The position numbers and the translations under genes are program-made. A stretch of 64,000 nucleotides of DNA from an uncultured delta proteobacterium (lineage in GTDB: Bacteria; Myxococcota_A; Polyangia; Palsa-1104), in the NCBI GenBank assembly GCA_963785725.1, contig CAWAWS010000007.1, positions 192,001-256,000 on the forward strand, in the 5' to 3' direction. Position 1 is the stretch's first letter; every line of letters begins with the position of its first letter. This document shows positions 10,414 through 20,222 of this stretch, piece after piece. Under the pieces are notes generated by a model, which was not told the origin of the DNA, ran no database searches, and was given only the letters and a program-made list of their open reading frames with translations.

Positions 10414-10587
10414 GACGCTCCTTAGCTGGAGTCAACAGTCGCCGTCAACTCGTGTGGCCATGTGGACGGACGCCCCACGATAGTGACAGGATCGTCACAC
10501 CTGCATTACAGCCGGTGAGCCAACGAATCGAGCTTTAATTTACGAGGAGTTGCGTTGCTGCGTGGGCGGGGAGAGACGCCGCGCGTG

Positions 10588-10788
10588 TCAGCGGGCTGAG
10601 ACGGTGATGGCGGGGCGGCTAGCCACAGGCAGGTTGTCCGAGCAGCTGCAATCCTGGTGGATGAAATCCCATAAAAGCTCCAGGAAAGTCTCCGGTTTCT
10701 CCTTGAGATCTCGATAGTAGTCGACGATCCCGGGGAAGGCGCATTCGGCCGCTTCGAAATCGCACTCGGTGACCATGCCGCGCATCAT
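10588..10788 (-). CDS. Small hypothetical protein (66 aa)
   Basis: Protein-like composition; sigma54 motif directly upstream. Confidence 0.55.
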   Translation of the reverse strand: MMRGMVTECDFEAAECAFPGIVDYYRDLKEKPETFLELLWDFIHQDCSCSDNLPVASRPAITVSAR

Positions 10789-10800
10789 GAGCCCTGATAG

Positions 10801-10816
10801 AGCAACCGCGATGCCA
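10801..10816 (-). promoter_or_regulatory. Sigma54 (-24/-12) promoter
   Basis: Minus strand TGGCAT-CGCGG-TTGCT; predicted +1 near 10790. Confidence 0.7.
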
Positions 10817-11212
10817 TCGTCAATAGCGGAAAATTATATTGACACGTGTCTCCAGCGACAGCATTTAGTCGTGGGCGGTCATACATAAATCTCCTTCCAA
10901 TCCAGGAGCGTGCTGCTTGGGGAGTCGTTAGTCGAATTCAACGGGCGCGACTGCGTCCAGGTGCAACGGCGAGCTGTGGATTGGTGGTTCACGCATCGCC
11001 AACGGCTCGGCTTGGGTTTGCGCGATTTCTTCCTCCGCTGCCGCTGGAGCGACGATAGGCGCACGATCACCTTCATTCGTCCGTAAAGCGGCGGCGATTG
11101 AACGGCGCGCCACGAGCCTGCGCACGGCCCGACTTCCGGCCGCCGCGCGCTTTGCGTGCTCATCTCGTGCATCACTCTGGATTCAACGGCCGTTTCGAGG
11201 CAGATTCACGCC

Positions 11213-12130
11213 ATGCACAACCTCGCTCCGGGCCAGGACCCGTCGTGGGTCCTTCAAGTGGCCCGTCGCTGCAGCGTCGACGAGCAGCTGCCGGCTGCCG
11301 ACGTCACGCTGGCGGTGCGCGCGCAGCTCGAGCAGTCGCGGGCGCTGCCGATCGAGGTCGTGCGCGCCGAGCTGACGGAGATGCTGCTCGGTCGCGGCGT
11401 GCACGTCGCGCTGCAGTGGCTGCACGACGCCGGCCTGTTGGCGCTGTGGCTACCGGAGCTGGAGGCGACCGTCGACTTCTCGCAAGAGGCCGGCCGTAAA
11501 CACAAGGACGTCTGGGAGCATACGAAGACGGTCGTGCGCCAATCGGTGCCGCGGCCGGCGGTTCGTTGGGCGGCGCTCCTGCACGACATCGGCAAGGTGC
11601 CGACGCGCACGTTCACGCCCGACGGCGGCGTGCATTTTCATCGCCACTCGGAAGTGGGCGCGCGCATGTTCGAAGACACGGCGCGCCGCTTTCGCTTCGA
11701 CAAGCCGCTCAAACAGAAGCTCAAGTTTTTGATTTTGCACCACTTGCGGCCGAATCAGTACGAGTCGACGTGGACCGACTCGGCGGTGCGCCGCTTCGAT
11801 CGCGAGCTGCAGGAGCATCTGACCGATCTGCTCGATCTGTCGCGCGCGGACATCACGTCGGCGCGGCCGGGCAAGCGGCAGAGCGCGCTCAAGAACATCT
11901 CGGAGCTGGCGGCGCGCATTCAGGCGCTGCGCGACGAAGACGCCAAGCTGCCGCTGCTGCCGACGGGAATCGGCAACTTGATCATGGAGCACTTCCAGCT
12001 GCCGCCGTCGCGTCAGATCGGCGATCTCAAGAAGGCGCTGGAAGTGTCGGTGGAATCAGGCGAGCTGGAGGCGCGCCGCGAGGCCGAATACTACTTGGCC
12101 CACGTCGCCAAGCTGCTTGGGCGCGAGTAA
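11213..12130 (+). CDS. HD-domain phosphohydrolase resembling the C-terminal half of CCA tRNA nucleotidyltransferases
   Basis: HKDVWEHT, ALLHDIGK, FHRHSEVGA, WTDSAVRR; no nucleotidyltransferase head domain. Confidence 0.85.
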   Translation: MHNLAPGQDPSWVLQVARRCSVDEQLPAADVTLAVRAQLEQSRALPIEVVRAELTEMLLGRGVHVALQWLHDAGLLALWLPELEATVDFSQEAGRKHKDVWEHTKTVVRQSVPRPAVRWAALLHDIGKVPTRTFTPDGGVHFHRHSEVGARMFEDTARRFRFDKPLKQKLKFLILHHLRPNQYESTWTDSAVRRFDRELQEHLTDLLDLSRADITSARPGKRQSALKNISELAARIQALRDEDAKLPLLPTGIGNLIMEHFQLPPSRQIGDLKKALEVSVESGELEARREAEYYLAHVAKLLGRE

Positions 12131-12856
12131 TTACCGACGCCGGCCCGTCAGTCGCAGCAAGTAAATGAAGAGGTTGATGAAGTCTAAGTAGAGGATCAGG
12201 GCGCCGTGGATGGCTTCCTTGTGGTCGTCGTCCGTGCCGGCGTTGCCGATGACGTTGAGCGTCTTGATCTTCTGCACGTCGTAGGCGGTCAGGCCGGTGA
12301 AGATGATGACGCCGAGGACGCTGAGGCCGAAGCTGAGCGTCGTGCTGCCGGGCAAGAACATGGCGACGATGCTGGCGAGGATGAGTCCCCACAAGCCCAT
12401 GATCATCATGTTGCCCATGCCGGTCAGGTTGCGCTTGGTGACGAAGCCGTAGGCGCTGATGCCGGCGAACATGCCGGCGGTGATGAAGAACGTGCTCTCG
12501 ATCGACGCCGTCGTGTAGCGCATGAAGAAGACGGAGAACGTGAGGCCGTTGACGATGGCGTAGGCGTAGAACAGCGCCGCCGTGCCGACGGACGAAAACT
12601 TCTGCGCGACGCGCGAGAAGCTCCACACCATCGCCAATTCGGCGAGCAAGAGGCCGAAGAAGACGAAGGGATTGCCGAAGATGATTTGGCGCGCCGTCGG
12701 CGAATGCGCGACGACGAGCGCGGTCAGGCCGGTCGCGGCGAGGCCGGCCGACATGATGCCGAAGACCTTGCGCATGAAGGCCGCCTGCTCGGCGGCGATC
12801 TGCGATTCGCTGAAGGCGCCAGCCGACGTCGGCTGCGATGCATTTTGAGGCAACAT
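12131..12856 (-). CDS. Bax inhibitor-1/YccA family membrane protein
   Basis: 7 TM, TAYDVQKIK, GALILYLDFINLF. Confidence 0.93.
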   Translation of the reverse strand: MLPQNASQPTSAGAFSESQIAAEQAAFMRKVFGIMSAGLAATGLTALVVAHSPTARQIIFGNPFVFFGLLLAELAMVWSFSRVAQKFSSVGTAALFYAYAIVNGLTFSVFFMRYTTASIESTFFITAGMFAGISAYGFVTKRNLTGMGNMMIMGLWGLILASIVAMFLPGSTTLSFGLSVLGVIIFTGLTAYDVQKIKTLNVIGNAGTDDDHKEAIHGALILYLDFINLFIYLLRLTGRRR

Positions 12857-12880
12857 GGGTCCCTCCCTGAAGTGGGAAGT

Positions 12881-14857
12881 TTACTCCGTAATCCGAATGG
12901 TGCCCACCTGGTCGACTTCGACGTCGCTGGCCAGCTCGGGATAGGCGAGCACCGGCAGCCGTGGATGCTCACCTTCGACGAGGCGGCGCACATGACGGCG
13001 CAATTCCGGCGAGGTGAGGATGATCGGCGTGCGAGCGCCCACCAGCTCTTTGTCGACGGAAGCGAGCAGGGCGTCGGCCAGCTCGGGCTCGAGCGCCAGG
13101 ATGACGCTGTCGCCGGCGGGCCGGAGCGCGCCGCGCACGGCCTCTTCGGCCTCCAGGTCGAGCAGCAGCGCCGAGACCCGCTTTCCCGTCGAGAACTTGT
13201 GCGTGATGATGCGCTTGAGCTGCGGGCGTACGCGTTCGGTCAGCTGCGCCGGATCGCGCGTGCCGTCGCTGACGCGCGCCAACGCCTCGAGCACGGCCGC
13301 GAGATCGCGAATGCTGACGCCTTCACCGACGAGGCGACGGAGCACGTCGGTCACGAGCGGCAAGTCGAGCCGGCCAGGGAGGAGCGCGCGCACGAGCGCC
13401 GGATGCGCCGCGGCCACGCCGTCGATGAGGCGCTGGGCTTCGTCGAGGCCGAGGAGCTCGGGCGCGGCGGCGCGCAACGTCGAGTCGAGGCGCGCGGCGA
13501 TGGCGCCCGGACCGTCGAGCAAGACGAGGCCGGTCGGACCCAAGCGCGCCACCGATGACGACGGGATCCACGACGCCGGCGCGCCCGTCGCCGGATGGTC
13601 GGTCGGCTGGCCGTCGACACCGGCGGGCAGGCGCGCCGCCGCGACGTCGACGAGCAGGCGGCCGTCGGGGATGATCGCGTCGGCGACGGGAATGCCGCGC
13701 AGGCGGATCTCGTAGCCGCGCAAGGGCAAGTGGGCATCGATCGTCAGCTGCAGCGGCGGCACCACCACGCCCAATTCGTCGGCGAGCGCGCGCGTCACCT
13801 GATGCAGCCGCGACTCGAGCGACGGCGTGGCCGCGTGCAGCGCCGGGTCCAGCGCCAGCTCCAGCGGCGCCGGCGGTCGCGGCGAATCGGCGACGGGCGC
13901 GGTCGCGGCCGCGGCCGCGAGCTGCCGGCGCGCGTAATATCCGAGCGCGGCGACGGCGACGGCGACGAGCGCGAACGGCCACAGCGGCAATCCGGGCACG
14001 AGCGCGAGCGCCGCGAGCAGGCCGGCCGTCGCCCATAACGCGCCCGGCCGCATCAGCTGACGCGCCAAGTCGGGGCCGAGCGAGCCGCCGTCTTCGTCCG
14101 AGGCGACGCGCGTGACGACCAAGCCCGCCGCCGTCGAAATGAGCAGCGCCGGCAGCTGCGACACGAGGCCGTCGCCGACGGTGAGCAGCGTATATAGCCG
14201 CGCCGCGTCGCCGATCGGCAAGTTATGGCGGACGACGCCGATGATGAGCCCGCCGGCGAGCGAAATGGCGAGGATGAGCAGGCCGGCGATGGCGTCGCCC
14301 TTGACGAAGCGCATGGCGCCGTCGAGCGCGCCGTACAGCTGCGCCTCTTTCGACAGCTCGTTGCGCCGTTTGCGCGCTTCGTTGGCGTCGACGGCGCCGG
14401 CGCGCAAGTCGGCGTCGATGGCCAGCTGCTTGCCGGGCATGGCGTCGAGCGTGAAGCGCGCCGCGACCTCGGCGACGCGCTCGGCGCCACGCGAGATGAC
14501 GACATATTGAACGATCGTGAGGATGAGGAAGACGGCGAAGCCGACGACATAGTCGCCGCGCACGACAAAAGCGCCGAATGCGTGAATGACGCGGCCGGCG
14601 TTGGCTTGCAGAAGAATCAACCGGACCGAAGAAACATTTAGCGATAATCGATAGAGCGTTGTCAGCACCAGGAGCGTTGGAAACGTCGACAGCTCCAAGG
14701 TGCGCGATGACCAGACGGCGACCAGCAAGAGCGCCACCGAGACGGCCAGGTTCAACGTGAGGAGAAGATCGAGTAAGGGCGTCGGCAGCGGGACGATCAA
14801 CATCGCCACCGCCGCGATGACGAATGCCGCGACCGCGATCGCGCCACCGCGCATCAT
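12881..14857 (-). CDS. FHIPEP family type III export gate protein (FlhA/SctV)
   Basis: FPTLLVLTTLYRLSLNV, GAERVAEVAARFTLDAMPGKQLAIDADL, GALDGAMRFVKGDAIAG, LLTVGDGLVSQLP. Confidence 0.95.
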   Translation of the reverse strand: MMRGGAIAVAAFVIAAVAMLIVPLPTPLLDLLLTLNLAVSVALLLVAVWSSRTLELSTFPTLLVLTTLYRLSLNVSSVRLILLQANAGRVIHAFGAFVVRGDYVVGFAVFLILTIVQYVVISRGAERVAEVAARFTLDAMPGKQLAIDADLRAGAVDANEARKRRNELSKEAQLYGALDGAMRFVKGDAIAGLLILAISLAGGLIIGVVRHNLPIGDAARLYTLLTVGDGLVSQLPALLISTAAGLVVTRVASDEDGGSLGPDLARQLMRPGALWATAGLLAALALVPGLPLWPFALVAVAVAALGYYARRQLAAAAATAPVADSPRPPAPLELALDPALHAATPSLESRLHQVTRALADELGVVVPPLQLTIDAHLPLRGYEIRLRGIPVADAIIPDGRLLVDVAAARLPAGVDGQPTDHPATGAPASWIPSSSVARLGPTGLVLLDGPGAIAARLDSTLRAAAPELLGLDEAQRLIDGVAAAHPALVRALLPGRLDLPLVTDVLRRLVGEGVSIRDLAAVLEALARVSDGTRDPAQLTERVRPQLKRIITHKFSTGKRVSALLLDLEAEEAVRGALRPAGDSVILALEPELADALLASVDKELVGARTPIILTSPELRRHVRRLVEGEHPRLPVLAYPELASDVEVDQVGTIRITE

Positions 14858-14957
14858 TCGTCCATCATTACCCGACGGCGGCGGCTGTCAACAAAGTGGC
14901 CATTAAAGTGGATCGCTTTGGCTCGGCGGATTACACTAAGGGATAAGCGAGGGACCG

Positions 14958-16136
14958 ATGGCGCGCGAGTCGGAACCGATGGAGAATTTGAAGAAGTATC
15001 GGAAATCGGGGCTCGAGCACTTCATCAAATTCGTCCGCGAGCTCCCGGTCATTCCGCCGAAAAAGATATTCGCCAAGCTGGAAGAGGCGGGTTATCGCGG
15101 GCAAGACGAAGCGCGGCGCGCGGTTTCGCTGATGGCCTATCGGCACATCAAGCGCATCAAACGCATCTATCTCGACGGCGCCAAGCGGGAAGCGGTGCTG
15201 CCGAAGTCGAACTTCTTGCTCATCGGGCCGACGGGCTGTGGCAAGACGCACTTGGTCGAGCTGCTGTTCCAGAATATTTTGCGGCTGCCGACGGTGATCG
15301 TCGATATCACGACGTATTCCGAGACCGGCTACGTCGGCCAAGATCCGAACACGATCATCACGCGGCTGTTGCACGCGGCCGACGACAACCCGCTCTTGGC
15401 GTCGATCGGCATCATCTGCCTCGACGAGTTCGACAAGATCGCGAGCGGGCAGAACAACGCCATCTTCGCCGGCGCGGGCACGACCAAAGACGTCACCGGC
15501 ATGGGCGTGCAGCGCGAGTTGCTCAAGATGTTCGAGAACGGCGAGGTCGTCGTGCCGCTCGAGCTGACGCACTCGACGTACGGCGATCACATCGTCATGT
15601 CGACGTCGGACATCGCCTTCATCGCCTGCGGCGCCTTCTCGGGGTTTCAGCAGGTGGCGCGGCGGCGCGGCGCGGTCGATCGCATCGGCTTCGGGCGCGA
15701 CAAGGCCAACAAGGTCAAGTTGCGCGGCGGCGCCGGCGCGCAAGACCAGATCGCCGTCACGTTCACGACCGAAGAGGTCGAGAACATCGCCAATTTCCAG
15801 GCTTACGGCTTCTTGCCCGAGCTGATGGCGCGCTTTACGCGCATCGTGCCCTTCCGCGCGCTCGATGCCGGCACGCTCAAGGACATCCTCAAGAACAACG
15901 TCATCGACCGTTTGACGCGCGAGTTCGAGGACGAAGGGTTCAAGCTCGTCGTCACCGAAGCGGCGTTGATGCACGTCGTCGAGCAGAGCATCCGCCGTGA
16001 GACGGGCGCGCGCGGCTTGGCGGCGATCTTGACGCGGCACCTCGAAGACGCCGCCTTCGAGGCGTTCGCCGACCACCCCGGCGGCGACGTTCGCTTGGAC
16101 CTCGAGCAAGGCGAGCTCTCGGTCAAAGTCGGCTGA
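14958..16136 (+). CDS. ClpX-like AAA+ ATPase lacking the N-terminal Zn-binding domain
   Basis: GPTGCGKT, GYVG pore loop, LDEFDKI, IGF loop, GFLPELMARF, ETGARGL. Confidence 0.9.
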   Translation: MARESEPMENLKKYRKSGLEHFIKFVRELPVIPPKKIFAKLEEAGYRGQDEARRAVSLMAYRHIKRIKRIYLDGAKREAVLPKSNFLLIGPTGCGKTHLVELLFQNILRLPTVIVDITTYSETGYVGQDPNTIITRLLHAADDNPLLASIGIICLDEFDKIASGQNNAIFAGAGTTKDVTGMGVQRELLKMFENGEVVVPLELTHSTYGDHIVMSTSDIAFIACGAFSGFQQVARRRGAVDRIGFGRDKANKVKLRGGAGAQDQIAVTFTTEEVENIANFQAYGFLPELMARFTRIVPFRALDAGTLKDILKNNVIDRLTREFEDEGFKLVVTEAALMHVVEQSIRRETGARGLAAILTRHLEDAAFEAFADHPGGDVRLDLEQGELSVKVG

Positions 16137-16150
16137 GCAAACACGAATAG

Positions 16151-16176
16151 GCCGAGCCGTCCTCGCGACGGTCGGC
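16151..16176. terminator. Hairpin between convergent genes
   Basis: gccgagccgtc-ctcgc-gacggtcggc (one bulge); no U tract. Confidence 0.4.
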
Positions 16177-16197
16177 CCACTCGCTATCTGGCGGTCG

Positions 16198-16371
16198 CTA
16201 CAAGATGCGTCGGCGGGCCGAGAAGCCGCCGATCGCGCTGATCACCAACGCGACCAAGAAGATGACGAACAGGACCTTGGCGATGCCGGCCGAGGCCGCG
16301 GCGACGCCACCAAAGCCGAAGACGCCCGCGATCAACGCGAGCACGAGAAAGCACAGCGCCCAGTAGAGCAT
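16198..16371 (-). CDS. DUF1328 (YtjA-like) small membrane protein
   Basis: Manual translation [49 protein letters not shown]...; GGAGG RBS; absent from the ORF track. Confidence 0.92.
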   Translation of the reverse strand: MLYWALCFLVLALIAGVFGFGGVAAASAGIAKVLFVIFLVALVISAIGGFSARRRIL

Positions 16372-16404
16372 GGTTTTCCTCCAGGTTTAGCTGCCTAGGG
16401 AGAA

Positions 16405-16420
16405 CGCAACTCTCGTTCCA
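16405..16420 (-). promoter_or_regulatory. Sigma54 promoter of the DUF1328 gene
   Basis: Minus strand TGGAAC-GAGAG-TTGCG. Confidence 0.6.
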
Positions 16421-16429
16421 ACTATAGAT

Positions 16430-17089
16430 TCAGCTGGGTTGGCGGTCGAGTCGCCAGACGCGATGGTCGAGCCCGAAGAACTCGACGTGCACGGTCGGCT
16501 GCAGGCCGAGCTTGCGCGCGACCGCTTCGGACGGCGTGTTCTCGGGTCGAATGAGCGAGATGACGTGGTCGTAACCGCGGGCGAAGGCCCAGTCGCGCAC
16601 GGCGCGCGCGGCTTCGATGGCGTAGCCGCGCCGTTGGTAGGGCGCGTGGATCGTGTACGCGACCTCGGCGTGGTCGACGCCGTCGCCGAACGGCGTCTGC
16701 CGCAGCAGGCCGACGCGGCCGACCGGCTCGGCCGTGGCTTTGTCGACGACGAGCCAGAAGCCGTGGCCGTCGCGTTCGTAGCGCGCGCGGTTCTTCTCGA
16801 TCGATCGCTGCGCGCCGGCGCGATCTTCGACGGCCGGGAAATAGCGCATGACCGCGGCGTCGCCGAGCATGGCGGCCATGAAGTCGAGATCGTCGAGGGT
16901 CATCTCGCGGAGCAGCAGCCGCGTGGTTTCGACGACCGGCGGCTTGTACATCGCGCAGCGCAAGACCGGCTGGCGCGGATATTTGTCGGGCAAGAGCGGG
17001 CAGCGCAGGAACACGCTCGTGGCCGTGCGCACGTACTTCGGCGGCGCAGCGCAGCGATGGCACAGGCTCTCCGGATACGGCAACGACAT
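16430..17089 (-). CDS. RimJ/RimL-type GNAT acetyltransferase with N-terminal Cys4 module
   Basis: ETTRLLLRE, YQRRGYAIEAA, IRPENTPSEAVARKLG. Confidence 0.88.
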   Translation of the reverse strand: MSLPYPESLCHRCAAPPKYVRTATSVFLRCPLLPDKYPRQPVLRCAMYKPPVVETTRLLLREMTLDDLDFMAAMLGDAAVMRYFPAVEDRAGAQRSIEKNRARYERDGHGFWLVVDKATAEPVGRVGLLRQTPFGDGVDHAEVAYTIHAPYQRRGYAIEAARAVRDWAFARGYDHVISLIRPENTPSEAVARKLGLQPTVHVEFFGLDHRVWRLDRQPS

Positions 17090-17155
17090 GGGGTTGACTC
17101 TTTAGCGAAGTGTAATAGAGTCTCGCGTTCGTTCGCCGAATATATGGAGTTTCCG

Positions 17156-17419
17156 ATGTCCGAAGCGACTGAAGCCAAGACCGAAGCCGTCGAGCATTCC
17201 GAGCAAAAGTGCAGCGTCGAGGCGTGCAAGCGCCCCTATCGCGCCAAAGGCTACTGCGTCACGCATTACAAGTTGTGGCGCCGCGGCGAGGTCGAGGGCC
17301 ACAAGGCTCGCTACCATATCTGCAGCAAGGAAGCCTGCAAGAAGCCGGCGGGCCGTTACGGCTTCTGCGACGAGCACCGCCCCGCGTCGAAGACCGCCGC
17401 CGCCGCTCCCGCGGCCTAA
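17156..17419 (+). CDS. Small Cys/His protein similar to myxobacterial 'vegetative protein'
   Basis: Two C-x4-C..G[YF]C..H units; GGAG RBS; upstream of murA. Confidence 0.8.
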   Translation: MSEATEAKTEAVEHSEQKCSVEACKRPYRAKGYCVTHYKLWRRGEVEGHKARYHICSKEACKKPAGRYGFCDEHRPASKTAAAAPAA

Positions 17420-17467
17420 CGAATTTCCCGCGGTAGCAATCGCTTTCGCTGCTAGCGTACTAGCTCC

Positions 17468-18742
17468 GTGGACAAAATCGTCATCAATGGCGGGCGTCGC
17501 TTGAAGGGCGAAGTCCGTGTGTCCGGCGCCAAAAACGCCGCGCTCCCCATTCTCGCCAGCGCCATCCTCGCCGGCGGCACCAGCGTATTCCGCAACGTGC
17601 CCAAGCTGATGGACGTGCGCACCATGGCCAAGCTGTTGCGCATGCTCGGCGCCGAAGTCGAGGACGCCGACAAGAGCGGCTATGCGCTCGCCGTCGGCTG
17701 CGACGGCATCCAGTCGTTCCACGCGCCTTACGAGCTGGTCAAGACGATGCGCGCGTCGGTGCTCGTCTTGGGTCCACTCGTGGCGCGGCATGGTCAAGGG
17801 ACGGTGTCGCTGCCCGGCGGCTGCAACATCGGCGCGCGCCCGATCGACCAGCACTTGAAGGGCCTCGAGGCGATGGGCGCCAAGATCACGCTCGAGCACG
17901 GCAACGTCATCGCCAAGGCCAAGCGGCTGCGCGGCGCCGACATCGTGTGCGACGTGCCGACGGTGACGGGCACCGAGAACTTGATGATGGCGGCGACGCT
18001 GGCCAAAGGGCGGACGACGATCGAGAACGCGGCGCGCGAGCCCGAGGTCGAGGAGCTGGCGCGCGTGCTGAACAAGATGGGCGCGCGCGTGCAAGGCGCC
18101 GGCACGAGCGTGATTACGATCGAAGGCGTCGATGAGCTGCAGGCGATCGAGCACGCCATCGTTCCCGATCGCATCGAAGCGGGCACGTTCATGGTGGCGG
18201 CGGCGCTGACCCGCGGCGACGTGCTCCTGCGCGACTGTCTGCCCGAGCATCTGGACGCGGTGACGGCCAAGCTGCGTTCGGCGGGCGCGGAAGTGACGAC
18301 CGAAGCCGACGGCCTGCGCGTGCGCGGCAAAGCGGACATTCACCCGGTCGATATCACGACGCAGCCGTATCCCGGGTTTCCGACGGACATGCAGGCGCAG
18401 TTCATGACGCTGGCGACGAAGGCAAAAGGGCAGAGCGTCATCACCGAGACCATCTTCGAGAACCGCTACATGCACGTCTCGGAGCTGGCGCGCATGGGCG
18501 CGGACATCCACGTCGACGGGCGCACGGCGATCATTCGCGGCGTGAAGAAGCTGACCGGCGCGACGGTGATGGCGTCCGATCTGCGCGCGTCGGCGGCGCT
18601 GATTCTGGCCGGCTTGGTCGCCGAAGGGCCGACGGACGTCTTGCGCGTCTATCACCTCGATCGCGGCTACGAGCACATCGAGAAGAAGCTGCAAAAGCTG
18701 GGCGCCGACGTCAGGCGCGTGCGCGAGCCGACGCTCGTATGA
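17468..18742 (+). CDS. murA: UDP-N-acetylglucosamine 1-carboxyvinyltransferase
   Basis: [42 protein letters not shown]. Confidence 0.98.
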   Translation: MDKIVINGGRRLKGEVRVSGAKNAALPILASAILAGGTSVFRNVPKLMDVRTMAKLLRMLGAEVEDADKSGYALAVGCDGIQSFHAPYELVKTMRASVLVLGPLVARHGQGTVSLPGGCNIGARPIDQHLKGLEAMGAKITLEHGNVIAKAKRLRGADIVCDVPTVTGTENLMMAATLAKGRTTIENAAREPEVEELARVLNKMGARVQGAGTSVITIEGVDELQAIEHAIVPDRIEAGTFMVAAALTRGDVLLRDCLPEHLDAVTAKLRSAGAEVTTEADGLRVRGKADIHPVDITTQPYPGFPTDMQAQFMTLATKAKGQSVITETIFENRYMHVSELARMGADIHVDGRTAIIRGVKKLTGATVMASDLRASAALILAGLVAEGPTDVLRVYHLDRGYEHIEKKLQKLGADVRRVREPTLV

Positions 18743-19377
18743 CCATCACGCTGGCGATGCCCAAAGGGCGCGTGCAGGACGAGGCGATCGCGCTGTTCGC
18801 GAAGGCGGGGCTCGACCTGTCGCCGATTCAGGATGGCTCGCGTCGCCTGGTGTTCGATTTGCCGGCGCTGGACCTGCGTGTGCTCGTCGTGCGCGACGCC
18901 GACGTGCCGACCTATGTCGAGCATGGCGCGGCTGATCTCGGCATCAGCGGTCGCGACGTGCTCGAGGAGCGTGGCAGCGACCTGTACGAGCCGCTCGATC
19001 TCGGCATCGGCAAGTGCCGGCTGAGCGTGGCCGAGCCGATCGACCCGCCGGTGCGCGCCGTCGACGACGAAGGCCGCGGCGCCCATCTGCGCTATTGCAC
19101 CAAATTCCCCAATTTGACGCGCCGTCACTTGGAGAAGGCCGGCATCGTCGCTGACGTCATCAAGCTCTACGGCTCCGTCGAGCTGGGCCCGCTGACCGGG
19201 CTGTCCGACCGCATCGTCGACTTGGTGTCGTCGGGCGAAACCCTACGGCAGCACCGCCTTCGCGAGATCGAGGTCATTCTCGAGGTCACGTCGCGTCTGG
19301 TGGTCAACCGCGCCGCCTGGAAGCTGAAGCGCCGTCCGATCGACGCGCTCTTGGCTCGCCTGGCAGACGTCATTTGA
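18739..19377 (+). CDS. hisG: ATP phosphoribosyltransferase, short form
   Basis: [39 protein letters not shown]. Confidence 0.96.
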   Translation: MTITLAMPKGRVQDEAIALFAKAGLDLSPIQDGSRRLVFDLPALDLRVLVVRDADVPTYVEHGAADLGISGRDVLEERGSDLYEPLDLGIGKCRLSVAEPIDPPVRAVDDEGRGAHLRYCTKFPNLTRRHLEKAGIVADVIKLYGSVELGPLTGLSDRIVDLVSSGETLRQHRLREIEVILEVTSRLVVNRAAWKLKRRPIDALLARLADVI

Positions 19378-19391
19378 TCTAGACTGTTTCC

Positions 19392-20069
19392 GTGGCGGAG
19401 CTGCAGATCCACCCGCGCATCGAGCAGCAGGGGATAGGGCGCGAGAAGGCACAAGCGGTGTTGGACACGGCGTTGCCGCGTCTGCAGCCGTTCCGCGATC
19501 ACGCCGTGCACAGCATGATCGGCGTGCTCGACTGGGACCATCGGCTGCCGTCGAAGCAGCTGACGCTGCGGCTGCACGTCTGTTACGACGACGCCGGGCG
19601 ACAGCGCTTCGATCAGGCGTTGCAGCGACGGCGCGAAGAGATCCAGCAGCGCGATCTCTTCCCCGAGTTCGACGTGCCCGACTTCGCCGGCTTGCCCGCG
19701 GATGAAGCCTATGACGTCGAGCTCACCGCGCAGCTCGACATCGAGACGATGCGGCTGACGTCGCCGTGGCGTCGCGACGTGCCGGAAGAGGACGCGGCGG
19801 CGGCGATCGAGGCGGTGCGCGTTTCCAGCGTCTTCGCCGACGTCAAAAAGCAGGAGCTGGGCCGGCCGCCGGCGCTCGGCGACTTGGAAGCCGTCGCTTG
19901 GACGCCGCCGTGCGAATCGGGCCAGAAGCGCTGGACGCTCGACGTCTGGTGGCTGACGGCGTTCGACGGGCGGATTGGCCGCGGCTGGTCGTTCCTCGTC
20001 GATCATTCGGCGGCGACGGCGGCCGAGCGCGTCGTGGCGTCGCGGGAGTTTACGGTTCGCGCGGGCTGA
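19392..20069 (+). CDS. Hypothetical protein
   Basis: 225-aa ORF with host-like codon usage; TAGACT 6 nt before the GTG. Confidence 0.75.
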   Translation: MAELQIHPRIEQQGIGREKAQAVLDTALPRLQPFRDHAVHSMIGVLDWDHRLPSKQLTLRLHVCYDDAGRQRFDQALQRRREEIQQRDLFPEFDVPDFAGLPADEAYDVELTAQLDIETMRLTSPWRRDVPEEDAAAAIEAVRVSSVFADVKKQELGRPPALGDLEAVAWTPPCESGQKRWTLDVWWLTAFDGRIGRGWSFLVDHSAATAAERVVASREFTVRAG

Positions 20070-20182
20070 GCGGGCTTCGCCGCCGCGCGTTGACGAAGCG
20101 GGTTGGCGCGCACGCAACTTTGTCGCGGAAAACGCGATAAAGGGAGGGCGGATGGGGGGAATTACGCCGAGCCCACCATCCT

Positions 20183-20222
20183 CCGGAATCGATCGTCGGC
20201 CGGAATGATCGACGACCGGAAT
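20183..20222 (+). repeat. Three CCGGAAT direct repeats (possible enhancer/UAS)
   Basis: CCGGAAT at 20183, 20200 and 20216. Confidence 0.5.

Noticed and set aside
10928..11125. 65-aa minus-strand ORF
   Set aside because: Weak start context and no motif; not supportable as a gene
18739..19377. Short hisG without hisZ (likewise xseA without an adjacent xseB)
   Set aside because: Partners are commonly encoded elsewhere; not unusual
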